DNA from: Verrucomicrobiota bacterium
GTDB lineage: Bacteria; Verrucomicrobiota; Verrucomicrobiia; Limisphaerales; AAA164-E04
Assembly: GCA_047947115.1 (NCBI GenBank)
Contig: CP170459.1
Coordinates: 960,001 to 1,024,000, forward strand
Direction: 5' to 3'
Length of the DNA: 64,000 nucleotides
Shown: piece after piece, positions 41,501 to 51,011 of the stretch
Position numbering within the stretch: position 1 is the first letter of the stretch
Layout: each line of letters opens with the position of its first letter
Notes under the pieces: model-generated
What the model saw: only the letters and a program-made list of their open reading frames with translations
What the model was told of the DNA's origin: nothing
Database searches by the model: none
Translations under genes and position numbers: made by a program

Positions 41501-42398
41501 TCGCAGGATCCTTGGCCACCGTTCCATAGTACTGATGCGAATCGCGCCGATCCCGATACGCCGGTTCCATGGTCAGATTTCCAGCTGTGTCCACGGCCTC
41601 AAAACGCCATCGGGTCATTTGTGCTGGTGCGAAGGCAACACTTGGAATCGTACCCGTCCAAACACCGTCACCCGCCACTTCGTCCCCATTCACACCGTCA
41701 TCGGTCATAGCTACGGATCGCTCTCTTTCATAGTTTTTGACGTAGTAAAGTGTAACTGAATCGATAGGTGCATTGATTTCATGGAGGGTGATTGAAACAG
41801 GCAACGCAGTCACTTCAGGCTGGGGCGGGTTCTTGTCATTCACCTTGATGGACGGACCTGCGTGCGATGCGCCAACATTCGCTTCACCGGGTGTGGGTGT
41901 TGAAAAATAACTCCAGGTAGGCTCTGCCGAATCCGGATCGATGCCGAAGGATTCATTTTCGAATTGAATCGGGTAGGTGGGGGCAAAAGCACCGATCACT
42001 TTCTCCTCAACAGGTCCCACCAATGCCAGATATTCGCCCCCGGAGGATAGTTGAAAGTTGGTGTGCAGCGGAAGATTCGCATCCAAACGATTTTTCCCTG
42101 AAGCAAAAACGACAAGGAAGGAAGTCGGCGGTAGATGAACGGCAGGAAAAGTCCATTTACTCAAATTCTCTGGATCGTCAGTAAGGTGAAAACCTTCCAA
42201 TGAAACCGGAGTCTCATCTGGATTATAGATCTCGATCCAGTCTGGATATTCACCATCTTCATCCGCCAACCGGGATCGATTGTCAGCCAAAAACTCGGTA
42301 ATCACCGGTTCTGCCAGACCGGACAGTGCAAAGGAGCCAGCCCATAAGAACATCGCAGACAACCCTCCGCGCATAGGTGATTTCCATCTTTTAAACAT
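38502..42398 (-). CDS. Lamin-tail-domain / CotH-kinase secreted protein
   Basis: PVITEFLADN...DWIEIYN, PKKSYNIDF, KNWYIY...PWDLDLS, YDDGFVAYLNG, VSEIMYHP. Confidence 0.88.
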   Translation of the reverse strand: MFKRWKSPMRGGLSAMFLWAGSFALSGLAEPVITEFLADNRSRLADEDGEYPDWIEIYNPDETPVSLEGFHLTDDPENLSKWTFPAVHLPPTSFLVVFASGKNRLDANLPLHTNFQLSSGGEYLALVGPVEEKVIGAFAPTYPIQFENESFGIDPDSAEPTWSYFSTPTPGEANVGASHAGPSIKVNDKNPPQPEVTALPVSITLHEINAPIDSVTLYYVKNYERERSVAMTDDGVNGDEVAGDGVWTGTIPSVAFAPAQMTRWRFEAVDTAGNLTMEPAYRDRRDSHQYYGTVAKDPAIKTLLPILHWFTRSPSGAGTSTGSRGSVYYEGEFYDNVHFNLHGQSSAGFPKKSYNIDFNSTQRFRWSRDAPRVADIDLLTNWADKSKVRHVLGYEIMRESGVAAHFAFTLRVQQNGEFFSTADFVEDADEIYLERAGLNPEGALYKMYDNTLNRSGGDNARKGVEKKTRKFENNDDLQDLIDGMALRGAALSDYLYDNIDIPACVNFLAANSVIRNIDMHRKNWYIYRDTGRCDEWAILPWDLDLSHGRVWNSANTYFDNQLYTDGFVRTGTAVRLVSHMFANADMRSMIMRRIRALSDRFLHAPPAPGTPDIELYYERRLNEQMALIDPPSIVPSDARLDFEKWGSWLQRGANVPFTHTHSDVESMEEAIERFRNEYLPARRDYIYNRQTVGNGGEIPAPQTGDDSTTQFVPLVEDGARASVLVPSSDALGVSWTGDPALEPFDTSRWKSGSTGIGYDTGTAYDSLIKLDIQNEMRNHTSVYIRIPFEVDALGRINQLELRIKYDDGFVAYLNGELLVSSNVEESVSWNSVSRLSHSAHPRRFSVFDVTDKKSLLREGLNILAIHGMNEASNDRDFLMLPELHASVTRVPTFAEPTIQFGAIEPNPSSGNQDEEYIQLINRNNIAVDISDWELQGAVQHTFAPGTVIAPGRALYLCPDSATFRARSASPKGGEGLFVQGGYRGHLSNFGETVTLVDAKGTFNNKTSYESEASDAQSFLVVSEIMYHPAEEGLAEFVELLNTSPSISIDLTGIRFTQGIEFDFTTSAVTALAPGESVLVVRDASAFQTVYGSQLPVAGVFENGTALGNGGDRIKLEDAQNGTILNFVYNDKDPWPAQADGQGYSLVLMDPSSHPDLSDAANWRLSSSIGGHPGTSGDMGFRGDPLADVDGNGEHDLVDFALGNGSARSELRPTFRWEPGTNGAEHRLLLIIPFDPANVGLRVEPIFSTDLQLWESRGVQLERESTQALEDGRALQIWNVKSPLRDQPRLFMQLRITQP

Positions 42399-42404
42399 GC
42401 GTCA

Positions 42405-45400
42405 TCAATTTGATTTCAAGGTCTGTTCAACAGCAGGATTCGTGCGAAATACCGTCTTCAAAGTCAACCCATTTCCCTCGACCCACCTTGTATGGTACTT
42501 GCGATGCAAAGCGTCACTTGGAAAGGCAGGGCGTTCCTGTTGTCCGTAACGCTGATCATCCATACCGTGGAACGGGAGAGGCTCAATCGTGCTCCCTGCG
42601 TTCACATGAAAATCCGAATCCTTGTCCCAACCATCCGCATACAGAAAATACTCACGAATTGTCCCCTCGGGCTTGGAAGGCAGTGATGTGGTTTCGAATC
42701 GCAGGATCAATTCGTCTCCGCTATGCACCAGGAGCAACCCCTCGTCACGCTTTGCAATCAATTCCGATACATCCCCGTAACGCGTGCTCCAGCCGCTGGG
42801 AAGCAGGGTCCAATTAGGATTGGGGAGAACATCGTCGTAGTCCGGTGTTAATGGCGCATCGGGTGGAAGATCCAACAGACGACTATATCCCCGGTAATGC
42901 AGGTCTGTTTCACTGGGTTCAAAATACGTGATCGTGGTTCGAGGTGTGGGTTTCTTTTCCATCAAAGCAATACGATCCCAATGAATCTCAAACGCACTGG
43001 TAAGTTTCAACCATCTGGCTTCCTTCGGAAGTTTGCCCTCCAGATTCACTACGATGGTCTTGGACTTGCCGGCGGGAGCGCCCACAGTGACATGAACGGG
43101 TGCCCAGATGCCCGGAGCGGTTTCTACTTCCAGGGTTGGAAACGGAAATGGAAGCTCCGGATCCAGGGACCCGGCTATGTTGGCCATACCGCCACCAAAG
43201 CGAATCCAGCCATTCGCAACCAATACCAGTGGTTTTGAAGTATCCAGCGGGCCAAAATCCAGAATCCAACTGTGCTGTTGAGCAAGGCCTCGGAGTTGGG
43301 GAGTACGCAGATGAGGAGGCGAAGCACGATGGCCATCCACCGAACGCAACTCTTCGGTTACATCAAGCCCTTCGTGATTCTCAGCCCGTCGCAGCGGGTA
43401 CTCATGATGGAGGGTCATGATGGAACCCAATGGAAAGGGTCCGAAAGGAATCAACTTGTCCGTTGAATGCACCTCGGTATCAGGCTCCCGATCTACCACG
43501 ACCAATTTGGCTTCGTCCAGATACAACACTTCACGTAGTTCTTCGGTGATGCTCAACTGCAGTGATCCGTCCTTGGGCACAAAGGTATGTTCGTCACCGA
43601 TCCAAACCAATTCCTCCGGATCCGCCTCCACATAACGCCCCTCGGCAACCGGCAACCCAAGCGGGGCGGCTCCCAGGAAATCGGTAACAAACCGAAAGGT
43701 CTCGCCATCCCAAGCATAGAGGTAAGGACATGAGCCCTCCTGAATGGTGAGTTCCAGCGCAAGCAAGGGTTCCTGACAGTTGACGGGCACTTCAGCAGAA
43801 CCCTGTGGCCAGTTGAACCAATGCACCAAGAAAGAATCCAATACCTGGTGGTTGCCAACGCCTATTTCCACAGGAAGCTGATGCACGGTACGCGTCAAGC
43901 GCAACCCACCAGTAGCAATCTCAATCTTGCATCCGATCCCGCTGGCATTGGAACGATTGCCCTTCATCGTTACCCTGATCTGACCATTTATATTTCCCCC
44001 ATTGTTCCGCAAATAACGCAAACCGCCTTCGGCAAGGCTCAGGATGGCATCCTGATCACAGTCCCTGTCAAAATCAGCAAAGTGAATTTCCGAAACGGCA
44101 CCAAAAGCATGTGAATCGAGTCCCAAAGTAGTGGTTTGTTCTTCAAATCCTGCGAGACCTCGATTGCGCCAGGCACGGACACGGTCACCAATCGTCCAAA
44201 GATCCAACCAACCATCATTGTCAAAATCCACAGGAACGATTTGTCGAACCAAACCGTTGATCGCCAGGTCGATCTTTCTTTGCTCACCTCCGTTGTAACA
44301 AAGGGTGATGGAACCTTGCCCTAATACGGCGAGATCGGGGCGCAAATCATTATCAAAGTCGCCCATACAAAACACTGAACCTTCGTCCCATCTTTCCGGC
44401 TCTGTGACCATCAGTTTACCGCCCCTTTGTTTTTCATGAAGTATAGGAACGCCCGCAGCGCGACTTGCAATGATGTCCATCACCTGGTCCCGGTTCCAAT
44501 CTTCCATCCACACTTGCTGTACTGGCTGGCCTCCGGACACAAGACCGCTGGCGTCCGTGATATCCGAAAAATTCCAGGGAGAAGACTGGCGCCAGATTTG
44601 TATTCCATGGTCTGTTGCAGACACGGCAACAATGTCCAGTTTCCCGGTGAAATCCAAATCCATCAACAGGCCGGTTTCGGCTTTCAACGCTTCCAATCCA
44701 CTGCTGGAAGTCACGTCGAGAATGAGCCCACCCTGGCCTAGTTGATATAAATGACTCCCTGTGCTCCCCAACACCAAAACATCCTCCACACGATCGTTCT
44801 GAAAATCGCCAATCAATATTTTGCTCGCATTTTCAGCATCTGTTGCAGGTAAAAAATTGGACTCATTTGCTCTGAAAATTCCCTGCTGATTGGACAACAA
44901 CTGAAAACCTTTACCCGGTTCAGTCGCAACCAATCCCGGTCCCATCCAGGCAAAGGGATGTACATCCACCACACCCAGCGGACCTGAAAACCGTGTGGCA
45001 GCATTACCAAGAACTTCATCCGTGGCATCCACAAACTGAACCTGGATGCCCTTGGCATCCGGTTGATCCAAACGGAACGGAATGCGAGCGCGTGTATGTT
45101 TGCAACGTTCAAAAACCGCATCCCCCATCGATGGACCTTCACCGCCGACATTGGCCTGGTGCATCTCCAATTCCTTTTGAGCCTCCTCCTGTTTCCCCAC
45201 CCGGATCAGTGAACGCGCCAGCAGATAATGAGCGCTCGAATGAAGTCGGTTGGGGTCCAGCCGGATGCCTTCGCGAAAAGCAGTGATGGCCTCTTCCCAT
45301 TGTTCCAATTCCATGCGAGCGAGACCGAGTTGAAAAAATGCCGCGGTGACACCCGGATCAATACTCAGCGAATTCGTCAGCGCCTTGACGGCATCCTCGG

Positions 45401-45788
45401 GGCGTTGCAGGCGCAGAAATGCGGAACCTTTGACGAAATAAGCCGCCGCCGACTGAGGTTCAAGTTCCAACGCCAGATCGGCTTCGTGAACAGCGGCATC
45501 CCCTTCCCCGCTCAACAAATGAACATTTGCCAGATTCAAATGCACATCCGGATCATTCGAAACCAAATCTGCCGCTTCACGATAAGCATTCAGGGCATTG
45601 CTTGTATCTCCCTGATCCAAGTAGTTTTTCCCCCTGTTCATCAACTGGAAAAACTTTTCCGGAATAGGATTGGAAGCCGGAGCAGTCGCATCCGAACCAG
45701 TATCGGAACGGTCACCGCACCCCGCCAGGCTACAAGCCAGCAGGATCAAATGTAAAACAAACCAATGGTGCTTAAACAGGCGCGTCAT
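42405..45788 (-). CDS. TPR + FG-GAP + ASPIC-UnbV lipoprotein
   Basis: LAGC lipobox after ATG 45788, TPR helices, DFDND repeats, SNASGIGCKIE, GSCPYLYAWDG. Confidence 0.85.
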   Translation of the reverse strand: MTRLFKHHWFVLHLILLACSLAGCGDRSDTGSDATAPASNPIPEKFFQLMNRGKNYLDQGDTSNALNAYREAADLVSNDPDVHLNLANVHLLSGEGDAAVHEADLALELEPQSAAAYFVKGSAFLRLQRPEDAVKALTNSLSIDPGVTAAFFQLGLARMELEQWEEAITAFREGIRLDPNRLHSSAHYLLARSLIRVGKQEEAQKELEMHQANVGGEGPSMGDAVFERCKHTRARIPFRLDQPDAKGIQVQFVDATDEVLGNAATRFSGPLGVVDVHPFAWMGPGLVATEPGKGFQLLSNQQGIFRANESNFLPATDAENASKILIGDFQNDRVEDVLVLGSTGSHLYQLGQGGLILDVTSSSGLEALKAETGLLMDLDFTGKLDIVAVSATDHGIQIWRQSSPWNFSDITDASGLVSGGQPVQQVWMEDWNRDQVMDIIASRAAGVPILHEKQRGGKLMVTEPERWDEGSVFCMGDFDNDLRPDLAVLGQGSITLCYNGGEQRKIDLAINGLVRQIVPVDFDNDGWLDLWTIGDRVRAWRNRGLAGFEEQTTTLGLDSHAFGAVSEIHFADFDRDCDQDAILSLAEGGLRYLRNNGGNINGQIRVTMKGNRSNASGIGCKIEIATGGLRLTRTVHQLPVEIGVGNHQVLDSFLVHWFNWPQGSAEVPVNCQEPLLALELTIQEGSCPYLYAWDGETFRFVTDFLGAAPLGLPVAEGRYVEADPEELVWIGDEHTFVPKDGSLQLSITEELREVLYLDEAKLVVVDREPDTEVHSTDKLIPFGPFPLGSIMTLHHEYPLRRAENHEGLDVTEELRSVDGHRASPPHLRTPQLRGLAQQHSWILDFGPLDTSKPLVLVANGWIRFGGGMANIAGSLDPELPFPFPTLEVETAPGIWAPVHVTVGAPAGKSKTIVVNLEGKLPKEARWLKLTSAFEIHWDRIALMEKKPTPRTTITYFEPSETDLHYRGYSRLLDLPPDAPLTPDYDDVLPNPNWTLLPSGWSTRYGDVSELIAKRDEGLLLVHSGDELILRFETTSLPSKPEGTIREYFLYADGWDKDSDFHVNAGSTIEPLPFHGMDDQRYGQQERPAFPSDALHRKYHTRWVEGNGLTLKTVFRTNPAVEQTLKSN

Positions 45789-45994
45789 ACTCCCAATCAA
45801 AATGGAGGGAGCAAGTTCCACCTTGTCCCACTTCGAACCTAATGCCATCCGAACTTTTGTCACGCTACAATGGAAACGCCACAGGTATTCGAACAATCAA
45901 AGTTTTCCCACGTTCCACATAGGTTGTACAGGAACGCCCTGAGGAAGAAGTATGGGACTGGGTGGAACCAATCCCTCCATGTTTAATAAACACC

Positions 45995-47443
45995 CTACAA
46001 CTCAGGAAATGCAGCCTCCAGATCCAGGTCATCCCCCAGGGACTGCTGTAGAGACAACAGATGGCGGAATAAACGTTTGACGGTTCGTTGTTGCCTGGGG
46101 CGATCAGCGAGATCACTCATCTCCAACGGATCATTCTGCAAATTATAGAGCCGAGCTTTTCCAGCCTTGGGATACAGGATCAACTTACGACCATCCATGG
46201 TAATGGACCGTTGCAATTGTAAATAAGCGCCATAAACCGCGCTGTAAGCGGACGCGGTGGTCGTTCCATTCAACAAAGGCATCAGACTATTGAAATCCAC
46301 ATGATCGGGCTTTTCAACTCCGGCCAATTCCAACGAAGTGGGCATGACATCCTGCAGATAGATAGGAGCATCAATCTTTGCATTCTGCTTGATGCCGGGT
46401 CCCACCGCCATGAACGGCACGCGTGTGCTGTGATCATAAAGATTTTGTTTACCGAACAAACCATGGTGTCCAACCGCCAATCCATGATCTGCGGTGAAAA
46501 AGATGTAGGTGTTGTCCGCCTGACCTGAAGCCTCCAGAGCATCCAGAATACGTCCGATCTGTTCATCCATGTGAGTGATGATCGCGTAATACTCCTGACG
46601 ATGCACCTTCACCGAATGCTCGGTTCGCGGAAACGGTCCCAACTTTTCATCCCTGAGATTGGCGCCGCAACCGATGTCATCTTTGTAAGGGTATTCGGAC
46701 ATGAAATTCTCCGGCACTTTGATGCGGTCCAGCGGATATCGATCCACATATTCCTTGGGAGACTGACGCGGATCATGGGGGGCATTGAATGCCACATACA
46801 TGAAGAACGGTCGCACATCCTTCTTGGCATCCTCGATGTATTCGACACCATCATCCCCCACGATTTCGCTCCAATGTTTGCCGCCCTTCCAGAAACCTTC
46901 GAACTTGGTATCATACGGACTCCATGGATCGGGCTGATCGGGAAGAGGCCGATTGTAACCCTCGGGTGTTTGATTGGGCATCCCGGGACGGACGTGATGT
47001 GCCACATCAAAAGCCTTTTCGGCATCGGCGCGCACGTGCCATTTGCCGGTGAAATACGTTTTGTAACCGGCCGCTTTCATATGCTCCGACCAAAACCGAC
47101 CCGCCTGACGTTCCTCCTCCGCTTTGGCGTAAACCTTGTTGGCGCTCCATACGAATCGCCCGGTATTCAACATACAACGGGAAGCCACACACACCGCGCC
47201 ACTCCATGATCCCATGTTGTAAGCGTGTGTGAAGGTCGTGCCGGAATGCACCAAACGATCAAGGTTGGGTGTTTCGATATCGGTATGCTCCAAAGCCCGA
47301 ATGGTCTCGAAACATTGATCATCTGCAAAAATAAACAGGATGTTCGGTTTATCAGCAGCCTGCAATGAAGCAAAAGTCATCGCTGCGCAAAACCAGGCAG
47401 CCACAACGAATCCTACCTTCCGGAATCTCTCAATTGGGAACAT
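45995..47443 (-). CDS. Sulfatase (S1, choline-sulfatase-like)
   Basis: PNILFIFADD, CVASR, GKWH, PHDP, TADHG..VGHHGLFGKQ. Confidence 0.9.
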   Translation of the reverse strand: MFPIERFRKVGFVVAAWFCAAMTFASLQAADKPNILFIFADDQCFETIRALEHTDIETPNLDRLVHSGTTFTHAYNMGSWSGAVCVASRCMLNTGRFVWSANKVYAKAEEERQAGRFWSEHMKAAGYKTYFTGKWHVRADAEKAFDVAHHVRPGMPNQTPEGYNRPLPDQPDPWSPYDTKFEGFWKGGKHWSEIVGDDGVEYIEDAKKDVRPFFMYVAFNAPHDPRQSPKEYVDRYPLDRIKVPENFMSEYPYKDDIGCGANLRDEKLGPFPRTEHSVKVHRQEYYAIITHMDEQIGRILDALEASGQADNTYIFFTADHGLAVGHHGLFGKQNLYDHSTRVPFMAVGPGIKQNAKIDAPIYLQDVMPTSLELAGVEKPDHVDFNSLMPLLNGTTTASAYSAVYGAYLQLQRSITMDGRKLILYPKAGKARLYNLQNDPLEMSDLADRPRQQRTVKRLFRHLLSLQQSLGDDLDLEAAFPEL

Positions 47444-47534
47444 GGAGGGCGTTATAAGGAAACCCAAAGGAATTAGCAAGTATGCGACGGCGCAAATGTG
47501 ATAAAGTCTTCAGGATGTTTCCCCCCCCAATTCG

Positions 47535-47792
47535 TCATCCATAGGCCACTCTACGATGGGCAATGCGAACCACCACAACAGTGATAACTTCGTCGCAATT
47601 GGTATACAGGATTCTATAGTTTCCCTGCCTTACACGATACTTCTCTTGACCAGAGAGTTTCTTGCAACCGGCAGGCCGAGTATCCCTGGCCAAGTCCCTG
47701 ATGCGTTTGATGACTCGAAGCTTATCTTTTGAGGGAAGTCGTTCCAGCTCCTTACCCGCCGTGGGTTTGATTTCAATTTTATAGTTTTCCAT
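47535..47792 (-). CDS. RelE/ParE-family toxin
   Basis: KKLSGQEKYRVRQGNYRILY...VVRIAHRR. Confidence 0.9.
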   Translation of the reverse strand: MENYKIEIKPTAGKELERLPSKDKLRVIKRIRDLARDTRPAGCKKLSGQEKYRVRQGNYRILYTNCDEVITVVVVRIAHRRVAYG

Positions 47793-48000
47793 TTTTCTTC
47801 AACCCTCGAAGAAAGGTCTCGAAATCGATGGACGGCTCAGATTCACGCTCCCGGAAACTTTCCAAATCCTCCAAATCCTCGGCCAACGCATTCTTGACCG
47901 CCTCATTCACAAATTCGGAAAGAGTTGTCGAACTCTCAACCGATCGCAGTTTAAGGGCCTTGTGTAAATCCTCATCGAAATAGACTGTTGCACGCTTCAT
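47779..48000 (-). CDS. CopG/RHH-type antitoxin
   Basis: MKRATVYFDEDLHKALKL...LSEFVNEAV with acidic tail; overlaps the toxin start. Confidence 0.85.
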   Translation of the reverse strand: MKRATVYFDEDLHKALKLRSVESSTTLSEFVNEAVKNALAEDLEDLESFRERESEPSIDFETFLRGLKKNGKL

Positions 48001-48088
48001 GGTAGCAAAGTAACAACTAAACGTTAAAACGTCAAAACGTCCCTTGAGAAAAGTTGATGACAAACACTCATCATTTATGGACCCATAT

Positions 48089-48125
48089 GAAAAAAGAGCC
48101 GCCGAGTGGTTCAACTCGACGGCTC
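48089..48125 (-). terminator. Intrinsic terminator (original pckG terminator)
   Basis: Minus strand GAGCCGTCGAGT-TGAACC-ACTCGGCGGCTC-TTTTTT. Confidence 0.7.
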
Positions 48126-48231
48126 ACTGGTTCTCGTTCATTTGCAGTGTCCGTTAACAGCCCGTTAAAAAAGTCACAATTCTTCACGAAAAGATTCGTG
48201 ATTGATCACATGATCAAGTAAAGTATTTGCC

Positions 48232-49656
48232 ATGGCACTTGGCAAACGGAAAACGAAACAGCAAGAACTGTTCATTGCCTCCAATCAGATTCCCAAAACG
48301 CCGGCTCACCCGTTTTATTCCAAACTCAATCAGGTTTTTGATGAGTGCGGATTTGATGCTTATGTCGAAGAGTTGTGCGCCCCGTTTTACAAGAATTTTG
48401 GTAGGCCAGGCATTGCGCCCGGTATTTATTTCCGGATGATTTTCATCGGATACTTTGAAGGGCTCAACAGTCAACGTGGTATCGCATGGAGATGTCATGA
48501 TAGCCTTTGCCTGCGTGAATTTCTCGGCATCAGTTTGACAGAGAAAACTCCTGTTCACGCATCGATGACAATTATCCGTCAACGCTTGTCCGATGAAGTG
48601 TTTCACAAGGTTTTCCTTTTTGTCCTTGAACAACTCAAAGAGAAAAAGCTTTTGAAGGGAAAAACTCTTGGTGTTGATGCCACTACCCTGGAAGCCAATG
48701 CAGCCATGCGTAGCATCGTGCGCAAAGGGACGGGTGAGGATTGGAAAGAATACCTTCGTGAACTGGCCAAAGAAGAAGGCATTGAAAATCCGAGTGATGA
48801 AGACATTCAGCGCATCGACCGAGGGCGCAAGGGGAAGAAAGTTTCCAACAAAGAATGGCAAAGCAAGTCAGATCCGGACAGCCGCATTACCAAGATGAAA
48901 GATGGGCGCACACATCTTGCATATAAGGCTGAACATTCGGTGGACTTGGAAACCGAGGCAATTGTTTCTTGTCATGTCACACATGCAGATCAAGGCGATA
49001 CAACCACGGGGCCTGAGAGCCTCATCTTGGCTGAAGCCAATCTACAATTAATCGAATCAGAAAGGACCGTTGAAGAGGCGGTGATGGACAAGGGATATCA
49101 CAGCAACGCATTGTTGGAACGGCTCACGCAGTGGGGTATCCGCACATACATACCAGAGAAGAAGCAAAAGAAGCGTAAGTGGGTGGACAAGCCGGAAAGC
49201 TACGAACACGCATTCCGTGGTAATCGACGAAGAGTTCGGAGTGTCAAGGGTAAGCGACTGAGTCGAAAACGAAGCGAACTTGTGGAGCGAACATTTGCTC
49301 ATGTGTGCGAAACAGGAGCTGGACGTCGAACCTGGCTCCAGGGAATGGAAAATGTCACCAAGATTCACACACTGAAGTGCGCAGCATTCAACCTCGGATT
49401 GCTGATGCGGAAAATCTTTGGCCTCGCCAAGCCAAGAAACTGGGAAGCGAGCCTCGCTACCGCTTTGACGGCTGCTTTTGTCATAATTTTTGGCGAATGG
49501 ATGACTCAGGGGGCGATAAATATGGCTCCCGCCGTCCTTTTACTGATTTCCACCATTTTATTATGGTTCTTCGACAATTCCAGTGGAATTAAATTAAGCC
49601 GGGATTCTGAGTTTGCCGGCTACAAAGTAAAGCATAGTGATCATGTATACGGATGA
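48232..49656 (+). CDS. IS1182-family transposase; native C-terminus displaced to 50921-50988 by ISL3
   Basis: GRPGIAP..YFRM, VDATTLEANA, MDKGY, VERTFAH; removing ISL3 gives ...ILLCSLMKSKPDEIRIIRFFEIGTY*. Confidence 0.85.
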   Translation: MALGKRKTKQQELFIASNQIPKTPAHPFYSKLNQVFDECGFDAYVEELCAPFYKNFGRPGIAPGIYFRMIFIGYFEGLNSQRGIAWRCHDSLCLREFLGISLTEKTPVHASMTIIRQRLSDEVFHKVFLFVLEQLKEKKLLKGKTLGVDATTLEANAAMRSIVRKGTGEDWKEYLRELAKEEGIENPSDEDIQRIDRGRKGKKVSNKEWQSKSDPDSRITKMKDGRTHLAYKAEHSVDLETEAIVSCHVTHADQGDTTTGPESLILAEANLQLIESERTVEEAVMDKGYHSNALLERLTQWGIRTYIPEKKQKKRKWVDKPESYEHAFRGNRRRVRSVKGKRLSRKRSELVERTFAHVCETGAGRRTWLQGMENVTKIHTLKCAAFNLGLLMRKIFGLAKPRNWEASLATALTAAFVIIFGEWMTQGAINMAPAVLLLISTILLWFFDNSSGIKLSRDSEFAGYKVKHSDHVYG

Positions 49657-50912
49657 GCGAAAACCTCTGGCCTTCCGCTTGACCGCGCTGAAAACGCTAT
49701 TCAATCCTTCCATGAACGCTGTGGTCAGTTTCTTTTTCCAATGAGCAAGTATACCTTCCAAGTGACGTTCAATACTGTTTGCCACCTTGATCATTGGTTC
49801 CAACAAGTCCCCTGAATTTTTCGCCCTTCGTTTTACCCATCCTATCCATTTGACCATGTTTTTTCGCGCTGTAACCTCATTGCGACTGCGATAGACTTGT
49901 TGGAAATTTAATCGCATCTGGTAGGCGATTCCGGTTACTAAATTCTTCAAATCCAATTCCTCTAGCTGCTGGGTTTGACTCTTGGTTAGATTGGAGGGAT
50001 TTTTACGAAATATCCAACGACTTGCTTTGAGCTCCTTTTTGGAATCCTTGTCTCCTTGATTTGCTTCGGCTTTGCGCACTTTATCGACTGCGTCATTGAC
50101 CATGGCCACAGCATGATACTTGTCGAATACAATCTCTGCGTTGCCTAGATTCTCCCTTACTCCCTTTTGATAGGCCGGACTCATATCGATGGCAACTTGA
50201 GTGATCGCTTTTGGATGTCCGTTGTGCGCATATAACGCATCTGCAAAGCGTTGGAATGTTTCAGCGTCTTTGCCCTCGGTGGCAAAAATGACTCTCTTCT
50301 CCATCAAATCAGCAAACACCGTCAGGTAATCATGCCCTTTGCGTGCAGACAATTCGTCCGCACCGATCCAAACCACTTCACTCATATCCAACTTTGAATA
50401 AGCTTCGTCGACATGGGCAAAAAGAATGCGCCACATGCGTTGATCACACTCTCCAATCAGTCCTGATGCTTTACTAACTGGCATCTCCCTCATCAACGCC
50501 AATGCAAATCCTTCAAAAGCTTGAGTAAAATGTTTTCCCTTACCCTCCCAGGGGACTTTAACCCGATAGGTTCGGTGACAAGATGGGCATTTGCCGCGAG
50601 GCACATTGCAGAGAATTTCAGATCGTTTTCCAAATACATCCATATGTCGCCAAGACCTTGTTTCGGTGTGATCGTAACAGGTAATCCCAGACGATTTGCA
50701 GGTCGGATGGGGACAAACTTGTTTCTCCCAGAGTTTGTCAGTTTCAGTAATGACCATGAAAAACTTTTCCGTCTCTGAATCGTAGTCAACGCCTCGAACT
50801 TCCCAACACTCATCTAGCCCCAGCAATCCATGTATGGTCTTCTCAATATTCATGGAGCCATCATCTCACGATAGTTCCAAATGCTCAATTCCACTGTTTT
50901 TGTCGAAGAACC
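49565..50912 (-). mobile_element. Complete ISL3-family element
   Basis: GGTTCTTCGACAA terminal IRs; 8-bp target duplication TTTATTAT (49557-49564, 50913-50920). Confidence 0.93.
49594..50853 (-). CDS. ISL3-family transposase
   Basis: Zn-finger cysteines, IGADE..RKGHDY, IDMSPAY, FDKYH, EGLNS..KRKARGFR. Confidence 0.95.
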   Translation of the reverse strand: MNIEKTIHGLLGLDECWEVRGVDYDSETEKFFMVITETDKLWEKQVCPHPTCKSSGITCYDHTETRSWRHMDVFGKRSEILCNVPRGKCPSCHRTYRVKVPWEGKGKHFTQAFEGFALALMREMPVSKASGLIGECDQRMWRILFAHVDEAYSKLDMSEVVWIGADELSARKGHDYLTVFADLMEKRVIFATEGKDAETFQRFADALYAHNGHPKAITQVAIDMSPAYQKGVRENLGNAEIVFDKYHAVAMVNDAVDKVRKAEANQGDKDSKKELKASRWIFRKNPSNLTKSQTQQLEELDLKNLVTGIAYQMRLNFQQVYRSRNEVTARKNMVKWIGWVKRRAKNSGDLLEPMIKVANSIERHLEGILAHWKKKLTTAFMEGLNSVFSAVKRKARGFRSSVYMITMLYFVAGKLRIPA

Positions 50913-51011
50913 TTTATTATGCAGCTTGATGAAATCGAAGCCGGACGAGATTCGGATCATTCGGTTTTTCGAAATTGGCACTTATTAAACGGGCTGTTAA
51001 CGTTTCAAAAA

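Larger units (their letters stand above)
48158..50996 (+). mobile_element. IS1182-like element carrying a nested ISL3
   Basis: IRs CAGCCCGTTAAAAAAGT / ACTTATTAAACGGGCTG; TTAA flanks at 48154-48157 and 50997-51000. Confidence 0.85.
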
